NCBI GenBank assembly: GCA_937901745.1
Contig: CALGSZ010000096.1
Location: 69,750 to 133,749, forward strand
Reading direction: 5' to 3'
DNA: 64,000 nt
Origin: an uncultured Chloroflexota bacterium
GTDB lineage: Bacteria; Chloroflexota; Chloroflexia; Thermomicrobiales; UBA6265
Each line of letters opens with the position of its first letter. Within the stretch, counting starts at the first letter, position 1. Shown piece after piece: positions 1 to 12,970 of the stretch. Below the pieces are notes generated by a model. The model saw only the letters and a list, made by a program, of their open reading frames with translations. It was not told the DNA's origin and did not search any database. Position numbers and translations under genes: made by a program.

Positions 1-1083
1 GTTGTGCCGGATGCGCCAGAGCCGCCGGGCGCCGTGTCGCGCTAGCGTCTCTTCGAAGACTGCCCACCGGCCATTGCGCGGCCGGGCGGCGCTCATGCCG
101 ACAAGCGGATCGAGCCGAGCGACGATCGCCGCGTGCGGCGCCTCGATGTCGTGACCCAGGCGACGCGCTTGCTGGCGCAGCGAGACTTCGCTCTGCAGCG
201 CACCGTCGAGGATCTCATCGAGGACGTTGAGCGCGAGCTCCTGCCGGGCAGCGGCAGCGGCGCGCTCGCGGGCGAGGATTACCGCGGCAGCGGCGGCGCC
301 ACGCGATGCGAGCAGCAGGTCTTCCGACGTCTCGCGCCGGCCGGGCAAGAGAAGCGAGAGGAGTCCCAGCAGACCATCGCGACCGAAGATCGGCGCGACG
401 ACGCGGCACCGCTGGGCATCGAGCTCGACGACGGTCGTTGGCGGCTCGGCAAGGCTGCCGGCCGCACTCGTCCGCAGCCAGGCGGTCAACGCGGGCCTGC
501 CTCGGTCGAGGAGCGTCGCTACCGCCTCGGGAATCAACATTTCATCGCCGCCCATCGCTAGGACGCGCGCGTCACGCCCCTCGATCACGACGGTGCGCTG
601 CGCCATCTCCGCCAAGGCCTGGGCCAAGGCCTGGAGCGATTCGCCAGCGATCGCGAGCTCCATCAACCGCCGGCCAGCCTCCAACCCCTGCCGGTGCGCT
701 TCCCGGCGGCGCTCCGCGACAAGGTGCGACATCTCCCGCTCCAGCGTGGCAAGATCGACCTCCGCCGGCAGGTGGATCAGCGGGAGCGTTGCCGCTTCGG
801 CAGCGGCTTTGGCGGCCGGCGAGATGCGCCCCGCGAACGCGACTGCCGACACGCCGGCGCCCGCGAGCTGACGCACCACGCCTTCCAGCGTCAACCGCTC
901 GTCAATGCTGTTCAGTGCTTTCGAGCTGAGGAGTACGAGTTCTCCGCCGCGTAGATGTCCGAACGCCGGAGGACTTGGCGCCGGACGCGTCGCCCAAGAG
1001 ACATCGTCGTCTAGTCCCGCCTCACCGGCGACAACGTGTGTTCCATGCGGCATACATTGCAGAAGATCGCGGACCGTAATCAT
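1..1083 (-). CDS. PucR-family transcriptional regulator, partial (C-terminus lies beyond the window start)
   Basis: Absent from the ORF track because it has no stop in the window. Manual reverse-complement translation from the ATG at 1083..1081 stays open for 361 codons to position 1: MITVRDLLQCMPHGTHVVAGEAGLDDDVSWATRPAPSPPAFGHLRGGELVLLSS... This matches the PucR/purine-catabolism-regulator N-terminal domain pattern. An in-frame stop at 1137..1135 fixes the start. Confidence 0.7.
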   Translation of the reverse strand, partial: MITVRDLLQCMPHGTHVVAGEAGLDDDVSWATRPAPSPPAFGHLRGGELVLLSSKALNSIDERLTLEGVVRQLAGAGVSAVAFAGRISPAAKAAAEAATLPLIHLPAEVDLATLEREMSHLVAERRREAHRQGLEAGRRLMELAIAGESLQALAQALAEMAQRTVVIEGRDARVLAMGGDEMLIPEAVATLLDRGRPALTAWLRTSAAGSLAEPPTTVVELDAQRCRVVAPIFGRDGLLGLLSLLLPGRRETSEDLLLASRGAAAAAVILARERAAAAARQELALNVLDEILDGALQSEVSLRQQARRLGHDIEAPHAAIVARLDPLVGMSAARPRNGRWAVFEETLARHGARRLWRIRHN

Positions 1084-1247
1084 GGCAAGACGACATCCGA
1101 TAATCTCGAGCGGATGACGGGTGGCAACGAGCGGTCAGCCCACGGCCGATTGCGACGACGGGCATCACGCCGCGAATGCGGTCGGTTGGAATGGATTGGC
1201 ACGCTCATCATCTCCATCCTCCTACCGGGGCGCGTTGGTCGGCTCTG

Positions 1248-2597
1248 CTAAGCATCTCCATAGCGCCGCAGCTCCCAAGGGCCGACCTGGGCACGGTACT
1301 CTTCCCACTCGTCACGCTTGACCGAGAGCAGCTGGTCGTAGACGTAATCGCCGAGCGCTTCTTGCACGACCGTATCCTGGGTGAGGGCACTCAGGGCCTC
1401 ACCCAGCGTGGTCGGCAAGCGCGGCACGCCGATCCGCTGCATTCCCTCGTCGTCGTAGGCGGTCAGCGACTCCTCTAGCGGCTCCGGCGGCTCCTCTCCC
1501 TGGCGAATGCCGTCCATCCCACAGGCCAGCGTCACGGCAAGCGCCAAGTAGGGATTCGCCGTCGCGTCGGGAGACCGCAGCTCGATCGCCGCTTCCTCGC
1601 CCGGCGCCCACGATGGCACGCGGATAAGCGACGACTGGCTGACGTGCGCCCAAGTCGCGTGGCGTGGCGCGCGATGACCGGCGTTCAATCGCTTATAGGA
1701 ATTGACCGTCGGACAGAGGACCGCGCACATGGCTCTGGCATGCGCGAGCTGTCCTCCAATGAAGTGGTAGGCCGTCGCGGCAAGCGCATCCCCCCCGTGC
1801 ACGAGCGCGTCGGTGCCCTCCGGGTAGCGCCGCAACCGCTGGAAGATGTGCATCCCGGAGCCCGGCGCGTCCGAGAACGGCTTCGGCATGAATGTCGCAC
1901 GCAGCCCGTGCCGCTGCGCGACTTCCCGGACGACCTGGCGGACTGTAATGAGCTGATCGGCCATGCGCAGGGCGTCGGCGGGCAGGAGATCCAGCTCTTC
2001 CTGGCCTGGCCCCGTCTCGTGATGAGCGCCGCCGACGCTGATCCCGAGCGCATCGAGCGTGGAAACGACCTCATCGCGCACACGCGATGACGTCTCTTCG
2101 CCGACATCGAAGTATCCGGCGGCGTCGAGCGTGCGAACGACGTTTGGCCAATCGCCACGAACGAGGTAGTACTCGATTTCGATGCCGACGCGAAACTCGA
2201 AGCCAGCCGCCCTCGCATCGGCCAGCGCGCGCTCGAGCACTGAGCGCGGGTCGCCGTCGAACGGCTGACCGTCGCGGCGCCGGACAGAGCAGCAAATTCG
2301 CGCCCGCCGGCCGCGTGGATCAGCTCCGTCAGAGATGAGGAGCGTCGTCGGGTCAGGAACGAGAAACAGATCGAGCTCGATGCGGCGCGTGCCTGTCAGC
2401 GCCGATCCGTCGAACCGATAGCCATGCGCCATTGTGTCGGCGAGGAGCTCGACCGGTATCGTCAGCGCCTTTGCCCCGCCGGTGATATCCGAAAAGAGCA
2501 GGTCGACGAGACGCACATTCGCGGCCGCGACGCGTTCGAGCGTCTCATTCACGGCCTCCGCATCCGGTCCCGCTTCCCGCTCCGCGCCTGCGATCAT
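1248..2597 (-). CDS. Glutamine synthetase family protein (type I GS fold; either GlnA or a gamma-glutamyl-amine synthetase)
   Basis: Track ORF 1248..2699. The internal ATG at 2597 (MIAGAE...) is preceded by GAGGGGAAGGA. GS N-terminal beta-grasp (VRLVDLLFSDITGGAKALTIP) and catalytic-domain motif (KPFSDAPGSGMHIFQ) are present. Confidence 0.85.
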   Translation of the reverse strand: MIAGAEREAGPDAEAVNETLERVAAANVRLVDLLFSDITGGAKALTIPVELLADTMAHGYRFDGSALTGTRRIELDLFLVPDPTTLLISDGADPRGRRARICCSVRRRDGQPFDGDPRSVLERALADARAAGFEFRVGIEIEYYLVRGDWPNVVRTLDAAGYFDVGEETSSRVRDEVVSTLDALGISVGGAHHETGPGQEELDLLPADALRMADQLITVRQVVREVAQRHGLRATFMPKPFSDAPGSGMHIFQRLRRYPEGTDALVHGGDALAATAYHFIGGQLAHARAMCAVLCPTVNSYKRLNAGHRAPRHATWAHVSQSSLIRVPSWAPGEEAAIELRSPDATANPYLALAVTLACGMDGIRQGEEPPEPLEESLTAYDDEGMQRIGVPRLPTTLGEALSALTQDTVVQEALGDYVYDQLLSVKRDEWEEYRAQVGPWELRRYGDA

Positions 2598-2973
2598 TGA
2601 CCAATCCTTCCCCTCGTCTATTTGGGCGCTCGATCCAAACCGCGAGCGGAAATAGGCTACTGCTTTTGTGCTTCGGCGGCAACCTCGCCGCGCTGGCAAG
2701 GTTGTCCTGTCGTGAGCCAGAATTCCAATCGTTCAAACCGCCCGAACCGCATACCGCGATTGGTACCCTCCGCACAATCAACACTCACATGATCTGCTGC
2801 GCTGCGCACGTGTTCGCGCGCATGGGTCCGCTACTAGACTCTGAACCCGCCGACGGCAGTGCAAAGACCTGCCTGGGGCGGCGCGTTCGCGGATAACGAC
2901 GCCGACGACTCGCCCCATGAGGCCCACTCGGATTTCAGATTTTGTGACAACGCTCACGATTTGTACCGAACGT

Positions 2974-2987
2974 TGAAGCTAGCTTCA
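2974..2987. promoter_or_regulatory. Perfect 14-nt palindrome TGAAGCTAGCTTCA just upstream of the gltB RBS; candidate operator or 5'-UTR hairpin
   Basis: Read directly from the sequence. It lies 6 nt upstream of GAGGGAGGGA (2994..3003) and the ATG at 3010, in the divergent GS-family/gltB intergenic region. Confidence 0.3.
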
Positions 2988-3009
2988 GCGTCCGAGGGAG
3001 GGAACCCGC

Positions 3010-7512
<4,503 letters not shown>

Positions 7513-7532
7513 GAAGCTCGCCTCCTACCACG

Positions 7533-7571
7533 CCCCCTCTCGATACCCATCGCGTCGGGAGGGGGCTTTTT
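7533..7571 (+). terminator. Rho-independent terminator of gltB
   Basis: Stem CCCCCTC (7533..7539) pairs with GAGGGGG (7559..7565), followed by CTTTTT (7566..7571). It sits 21 nt after the gltB stop. Confidence 0.7.
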
Positions 7572-7636
7572 CATTGGCCTCTCTCGCCGTGCCAAGCAGG
7601 CTAGGCTCGGCTGGCGTTGTGGTCAGGAGCAGGGGG

Positions 7637-9028
7637 TCAGTCGTTGGCGTTGACCTCGGCCGCGCGACTCCAGCCGAGCCATTGCTCCGCGGCAAAGCCG
7701 GGCGCGGGGGGCGGACCTGCTTCGACCGGCTGCAGGAATGGCCGGCCGGGCTCCACGTAGGTCCGGGCGGCCGGGACGGAGACGAGCTCCAGCTCCGGAT
7801 AGCGCAACGCGGTCAGGGCGCCGCCAAAGACGCAGCCAGTATCGATATTGATGGTGCGATTGACCCAGACGGGCTGGGTGATCGGTGTGTGGGCATAGAC
7901 GACGATCGCCCGTCCTCGGTACCTGGCCGCCCAATCCAGGCGGATCGGGAGCCCGTACTCATCGACTTCTCCCGTCGTCTCGCCGTAGAGGGCGAAGCTG
8001 CGCACGCGTTTGGAGTCGCGTCCTTGCAGCGCCGCCTTCATGCCCGCGTGCGCGACGACGAGCCGGCCGTCATCCAACACATAGTGGTGGACAAGCCCTT
8101 CGAAGAACGCACGGACCTGCTCGGCGAATTCGGGCGGTTCCTTAGACAGCTGCTCGATGCTGTCCTCGAGCCCGTGCGCGATCTTTACCTGCCGGCCTTG
8201 CAGGTATCGCATCAGCTTGTCGTCGTGATTGCCGGGCAGGCAGAGAGCCGTTCCCTCTTCGACCATGCCCATGACGAGGCGCAACACCGCCGTGATCGCC
8301 GGCCCACGATCGACAAGGTCACCGAGGAAGATCGTCCGCCGCCCGGCTGGCGGTCTGACTTGGTAGGAGGGCACGCCGTCCTCGCCAGTCGTTTCCGAGA
8401 CCTCGTAGCCGAGCCGGCCGAGGAGCGCGCGGAGTTCTTCGAAGCAGCCGTGGACGTCGCCGATGATGTCGAAGGGACCGTGCTCGTGCCGGCGATCGGG
8501 AGGGAGCGGCACACGGACGATCCGCGCCGCGTCAACCTCCTGGGGCGTCGTGAGAACGTGGACGGCGCGGAAGCCTTCCCGCGTCAAGGTGTCGAATGAC
8601 CGGCGCAGCGCCTCGTATTGGCGGCGCACAACGTCCGGGTCGACCGGCCGCTCCTGCCGCGTCCGCGCGCGCTCCTCAGCCAACGCCACTGGCAGGTCGA
8701 GCACGATCGCGACAGCAGGCAAGTTGAGTTCTTCCGCCAAGCGGATCAGGCGATGCCGAGCACGCGGCTGCACATTCGTCGCGTCCACGACCGCCAGCTT
8801 GAGGAAGCGCAGGCGGTGGGAGACGATCAGGTGCAGCACATCGAAGGCGGCGGGCGTCGCCGACTGGTCGCCTGGATCATCGGCGACGAGCGCGCGGCAG
8901 TGATCGGACGAGACGATCTCGGTCGGCCGGAAATGGCGGGCGGCAAGAGTCGATTTCCCCGAGCCGGCGACGCCGACGAGCACGACGAGCGACGGATCGG
9001 GTACCGTCAGGACCGCCCCAGACACCAC
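7637..9028 (-). CDS. Polynucleotide kinase-phosphatase (Pnkp) homologue with kinase and phosphoesterase modules only; no ligase domain
   Basis: 463 aa. P-loop kinase motifs (VLVGVAGSGKSTL, IVSSD, VVDATNV) are followed by calcineurin-type phosphoesterase motifs (FDIIGDVHGC, FLGDLVDRGP, LPGNHD, YGETTGEVDEYGLP, HTP, NIDTGCVFGG). It is collinear with the N-terminal two thirds of bacterial Pnkp. Confidence 0.8.
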   Translation of the reverse strand: MVSGAVLTVPDPSLVVLVGVAGSGKSTLAARHFRPTEIVSSDHCRALVADDPGDQSATPAAFDVLHLIVSHRLRFLKLAVVDATNVQPRARHRLIRLAEELNLPAVAIVLDLPVALAEERARTRQERPVDPDVVRRQYEALRRSFDTLTREGFRAVHVLTTPQEVDAARIVRVPLPPDRRHEHGPFDIIGDVHGCFEELRALLGRLGYEVSETTGEDGVPSYQVRPPAGRRTIFLGDLVDRGPAITAVLRLVMGMVEEGTALCLPGNHDDKLMRYLQGRQVKIAHGLEDSIEQLSKEPPEFAEQVRAFFEGLVHHYVLDDGRLVVAHAGMKAALQGRDSKRVRSFALYGETTGEVDEYGLPIRLDWAARYRGRAIVVYAHTPITQPVWVNRTINIDTGCVFGGALTALRYPELELVSVPAARTYVEPGRPFLQPVEAGPPPAPGFAAEQWLGWSRAAEVNAND

Positions 9029-9397
9029 TCACTCCTCAACACCTGCAATCCTCGCAACGCGCGAACGACGCTGCCGTGACGACATCAACGAAGATTCACC
9101 GGTCTTGGACTTCGGGTCAAATCACGCCATTGACATTCAGACGGCAACACAAAGCAGCCTTCCTGCCATGAGCGCTCTGTTCGGGGCCACGGTTAAGTAA
9201 GCATGAAGGAAGTAAGCACTCATGCCCGCATGCAAATCTTTGTCAGATATGATGAGGATGCTGAGTAAGCAGACTATCGTTTCGCCCGACGATGACCGGC
9301 ATCACCGAGAGCGAACATCCAATTCGCTGACCTGCGCAAGTCACCTACCGTGTGCGGAAGCCACTGGTATCGTCGATAGACTGCGGGTAGTTGTGGC

Positions 9398-10330
9398 ATG
9401 GAGGAAAATTTCACTACTTCCTGGAGCAGCTGGATGGAGCTCTGTCCTTCTCCATTGGGTGCAACATTCGACAAATTCATTGACCGGATCGAACATCAAT
9501 GCATCATCTGCTCCCCATATATCGGCATCAATCCAATAAAGCAACTCATCACAACATTGGAACGCAAGGGACTCCAGACCCGCCTCGATCTTAAGATCAT
9601 TACCGATATTTCCCTCAAGACACTAGTATCTCGCTCGACCGACATTAACGCGCTCATCCTTGCCAAAGAATCCATTCCAAGATCAGAGGTTATCTACCTG
9701 CCAAGGATCCATGCGAAAGCCTATGTCGCTGACGATTCCATGGCATTAGTCGGGTCGGCGAACTTTACCCACTCAGGTTTACATGAAAACCTCGAATATG
9801 CCGTCTGTCTCCGCACGCCTGAAATAGTGCGGAGTGTCAGCAACGACATCCGACGATACGCACAACTCGGTAGTCCTGTCCCGACACAGCATTTGCATCT
9901 TCTGGCATCGCATGTCGCTGATATCCAATCAGCTATCGAGTCAGAGCAGCGGTCGATCGACCGGCAAGTCCGCGAGGCGTCGTCGAGACTCCAGCTACGT
10001 GCTGAAGAGGAGCTGCTGCGAATACGCGTCAGAGGCCGGACGATCAATGCGATCTTCAGCGATACGATCGAGTACTTGCTTCAGCGCCGCGCAATGACGA
10101 CTGAGGAGATCCACCGGTGGATCAAAGAAATACATCCAGATCTCTGTGACGACACGAAGGACCGCATCATCGATGGCCAGAGGTTTGGAAAGCTGTGGAA
10201 ACATCAAGTCCGCACAGCACAACAACACCTCAAGAAATCCGGCCGCATCTCGTACGACCGGCGCCATCGACTTTGGCACGCGCTACTGACAGAGGCAGAA
10301 GCCTCGAGCCGTTATGATGCAAACGCCTGA
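9398..10330 (+). CDS. PLD-superfamily (single HKD motif) nuclease-like protein with a C-terminal Mrr_N-like winged helix
   Basis: HKD signature RIHAKAYVADDSMALVGSANFTHSG (HxKx4D...GSxN, nt 9710..9763). The C-terminal about 80 aa (EEIHRWIKEIHPDLCDD...GKLWKHQVRTAQQHLKKSGRISYDRRHRLWHAL) follows the wHTH pattern of restriction-enzyme sensor domains. The gene lies in a visibly AT-richer islet. The start is uncertain (weak RBS; M13 is an alternative). Confidence 0.7.
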   Translation: MEENFTTSWSSWMELCPSPLGATFDKFIDRIEHQCIICSPYIGINPIKQLITTLERKGLQTRLDLKIITDISLKTLVSRSTDINALILAKESIPRSEVIYLPRIHAKAYVADDSMALVGSANFTHSGLHENLEYAVCLRTPEIVRSVSNDIRRYAQLGSPVPTQHLHLLASHVADIQSAIESEQRSIDRQVREASSRLQLRAEEELLRIRVRGRTINAIFSDTIEYLLQRRAMTTEEIHRWIKEIHPDLCDDTKDRIIDGQRFGKLWKHQVRTAQQHLKKSGRISYDRRHRLWHALLTEAEASSRYDANA

Positions 10331-10376
10331 GGCGGCGGAAGTGCCTCCAACGCAAGCGTCGATGTGATTCCTGTGG

Positions 10377-11507
10377 CTACCGCACCTTGCCGCGGGCCGC
10401 GACCTTCCAGGTGTCCGTCACCCGGCCGTTCTGGACGACGAGGAGCTCATCGGCGAGGTTGACGACCGGACAGATGTGGTTGGGGATGACCTCCACCCGG
10501 TCGCCAATGCGCAGACCCTGCTCCTCCGGCGGGACAATAACGACACCGTGCTCTTCGCTCAGGCGATCGATAATCGCTCGCTCGTGCCCCACGATGTAGC
10601 CGTGACCCGGATGGGACGGATTCTTGTCGAGCGCGAGCACTTTTGAGCCCGCATCGAGCACCGCGCGGTCCGGCGCCGGGCGGCTGACGACCGTCGCGAC
10701 GATGCGCGCGGCGCAGCGATCGGGTCCGTAGATGCCGTAACGGAAGCCGCTCGTGTCGCGGAAGACGTAGGTGCCTGGCCGCATCTCGGTGATGCCAGGC
10801 ACGGTCGGGGTGTAGGCGGCGGCGGGCGTCGAGCCGACGCTGACCACGTCGATCTCGAGGCCTTGAGAGCGGATCAGCTCCGCCGTCTCCACCATCGCCC
10901 GACCAGCTTCGCGAGCAACCTCCTCGATCTGGTCGGGCGGGGCAGCGTTCGCGTGTCCCTCGTGCGTGAACAACCCGATCACGCGCAAGCCGGGCAGCCG
11001 AGCGACATCCAAGGCGAGTCGGGCCGCTGGTTCACCGGCCGGGGCGCCAGCGCGATGATGCCCGGTGTCGACCTCGATCATCACCTCGATCGTGCGCTCG
11101 GCGCGGGACATCGCGTCCGATAACGCCTCGGCTCCTTCGTGAGAATCAACGCCGACGATCATCCGCGCCCGCTCCATCAGGGCGAGGAGCCGGCGAATCT
11201 TCGGCTCGCCGATGACCTCGTGGCCGATCAGGATGTCATCAATGCCAGCGTCGGCCATTACCTCCGCCTCTCCGAGCTTGGCGCAGGTGATGCCGATGGC
11301 GCCGGCGGCGAGCTGGAGCTTGGCGATCTGGGGCGTCTTGTGGGTCTTGATATGAGGTCGGAGCGCGACGTCGATGCTCTTCGCCCAGGCCGCCATCTCC
11401 GAGATGTTCTGATGCAGGATGCCCTCGTCGATCACCAAGCACGGCGTATCGATCTCCTGCGACGGATCGACGATGGTGGATGCCGGCATGGCAATAGCTG
11501 CGGTCAT
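10377..11507 (-). CDS. D-TA family PLP-dependent enzyme (D-threonine aldolase / D-serine dehydratase-like; alanine racemase N-terminal fold)
   Basis: Track ORF 10377..11549. The ATG at 11507 (MTAAIAM...) is preceded by TGAGGAGGA. Motifs: DTPCLVID, the PLP-lysine context RPHIKTHKT, and ITCAKLGEAE. Confidence 0.7.
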   Translation of the reverse strand: MTAAIAMPASTIVDPSQEIDTPCLVIDEGILHQNISEMAAWAKSIDVALRPHIKTHKTPQIAKLQLAAGAIGITCAKLGEAEVMADAGIDDILIGHEVIGEPKIRRLLALMERARMIVGVDSHEGAEALSDAMSRAERTIEVMIEVDTGHHRAGAPAGEPAARLALDVARLPGLRVIGLFTHEGHANAAPPDQIEEVAREAGRAMVETAELIRSQGLEIDVVSVGSTPAAAYTPTVPGITEMRPGTYVFRDTSGFRYGIYGPDRCAARIVATVVSRPAPDRAVLDAGSKVLALDKNPSHPGHGYIVGHERAIIDRLSEEHGVVIVPPEEQGLRIGDRVEVIPNHICPVVNLADELLVVQNGRVTDTWKVAARGKVR

Positions 11508-11663
11508 GATGTCCTCCTCATAGCGTCGGTGGCCGGCGGCGGTCGGCACAGAGCCGCCGGTCCGCTCCCCGTCGCTGAGTCCGTGCCAGCGAGTTGATGA
11601 CGACGGGGGCCGTATTATCGCAGGGTTTGCAAAAACTTGAGCAATTGGCGTTGGACGCGACTT

Positions 11664-12788
11664 TCACGCGATCTGGAAGCGGGAGCGAGCGATCTCGATC
11701 CAGCGCCCTTGCTGGGACGACCGCAGAACGCCGTCGATCACTTCCTGAACCTTGACGCCATCGGCGAACGACGGCTCGCCAGGGATACCTAGGCGAATGG
11801 CGCGCACCCACTCCCGCAAGAGGTGGATCGTCGGGACGGTGAGCGGATGCTCGAACGGCGGAAACTCGGGCGTCAGGCGTTCGGGGATCGGCAGCTCCGC
11901 GAGGGCTTCGCGCCGGCGGCCACCGAGTAGGTGGCCGTCCCCAGTGATGACGAGCACACCCTCCGATCCGGAGAGGATCACCTCGTCTCCGACATCATGC
12001 GTCGCGGTCGCGGAGTAATGGATCGTTGCGAGCGCGCCGCAGACGAGTCGCATCAGCACCACGAAGTTGTCGTCGGCGTCCACCGGAGCCGTTTGACTCG
12101 ACTCCGGCAACCGGCGCCGCTTGACCATCGTCGCCGTCGCGCCGGCCACCGACTTGACATCGCCGAGCCACCAGCGCAGCGAGTCAATGTGGTGGGACCC
12201 GGCGGCCGCGAGCATGCCACCCCCCTTCCCGGCCTCGGACAACCAGTCCCACGGCTCGCCGAAGGGATCGTTCAGGCTGGAGCGGTAGACGGTGACGGAG
12301 GCGGAGTACGGATCGCCGATGTACCCCTCGTCGATCAGTTCCTTGGCGCGCGCGCGAGCGGGAATATACCGGTACTCGTGATTGATCATCGCCACGACGC
12401 CGGCGGTGCGCGCCATCTTCTCCATGTCCCGCGCTTCCGCCAGAGTTCGCGCCAGCGGCTTCTCGCAGAGGATGTGCTTACGCGCTTCGAGCGCCGCCAG
12501 GACCATCGAGTGATGGAGGTGCGGTGGCGTCGCGATGATCACCGCGTCGACCTCGGGATCGCGCAGAAGGTCGCGGTAGTCGTGGACGACGTTCCGGATG
12601 CCGAAGCGAGCGGCGACGAAGTGTGCCCGGTCGGGCCGCCGCGAGCACAGCGCGACGATCTCGGCATCCGGCACGTGGCTCAGCGCGGGCACATGCATCG
12701 CCGCCGCATGGCCAGCGCCGATGATTCCAATCCGGACGGTCCCGCCACGCTGCGTATCGCCGCGTACTCGATCCGAAACAACCATCAC
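11664..12788 (-). CDS. Gfo/Idh/MocA family oxidoreductase
   Basis: Rossmann N-terminus VRIGIIGAGHAA and the family hallmark ILCEKPLA. Confidence 0.85.
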   Translation of the reverse strand: MMVVSDRVRGDTQRGGTVRIGIIGAGHAAAMHVPALSHVPDAEIVALCSRRPDRAHFVAARFGIRNVVHDYRDLLRDPEVDAVIIATPPHLHHSMVLAALEARKHILCEKPLARTLAEARDMEKMARTAGVVAMINHEYRYIPARARAKELIDEGYIGDPYSASVTVYRSSLNDPFGEPWDWLSEAGKGGGMLAAAGSHHIDSLRWWLGDVKSVAGATATMVKRRRLPESSQTAPVDADDNFVVLMRLVCGALATIHYSATATHDVGDEVILSGSEGVLVITGDGHLLGGRRREALAELPIPERLTPEFPPFEHPLTVPTIHLLREWVRAIRLGIPGEPSFADGVKVQEVIDGVLRSSQQGRWIEIARSRFQIA

Positions 12789-12970
12789 CTCGGACTCTCG
12801 CTCTCCCGCCTACGAAATTGGCGCACGATCGCGCCCATCCGGGGGCAATCCTACACGATCGTCTCCGTTGCCCCGGCGACACCGGCGCCGCGTAAACCGT
12901 TCCAGGTGTGGCACGATGTCCGGCGGGCACCACCCGGCGAGACGAGCTTCCACGCGGGAGGAGCGGCGCA

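Noticed and set aside
133-954. Plus-strand ORFs at the window start (133..561, 227..871, 306..929, 694..954).
   Set aside because: They lie antisense to, or out of frame with, the PucR-type frame that is open across 1..1083 on the minus strand. Their translations are Arg/Ala/Ser/Pro-skewed with no motifs.
2943-2959. A GlnR/TnrA-like box, TGTGACAACGCTCACGA, upstream of gltB.
   Set aside because: Only the left half-site (TGTGA) fits TGTNA-N7-TNACA. The right half (CACGA) does not.
7634-7648. The 14-mer GGTCAGTCGTTGGC occurs three times (7634.., about 34912.., about 39168..). Copies 2 and 3 share 17 nt (GGCGGTCAGTCGTTGGC).
   Set aside because: A triple occurrence is unlikely by chance, so I checked the contexts. 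The first copy is the C-terminus plus stop of the Pnkp homologue on the minus strand (...AND*). The second is sense coding inside the CapA-like gene on the plus strand (PGGQSLA). The third is in the 3' flank of znuB. There is no common flanking structure, inverted repeat or consistent orientation, so I treat it as coincidence or compositional bias. A genome-wide count would settle it.
9030-10376. A search for direct repeats or att-like duplications flanking the AT-richer islets (9.05-10.35 kb and 32.06-34.3 kb).
   Set aside because: Only trivial matches were seen by eye (CAACGC; ACTCCA(t)CGT). None is long enough to call an attachment site. No tRNA, integrase or transposase is adjacent.
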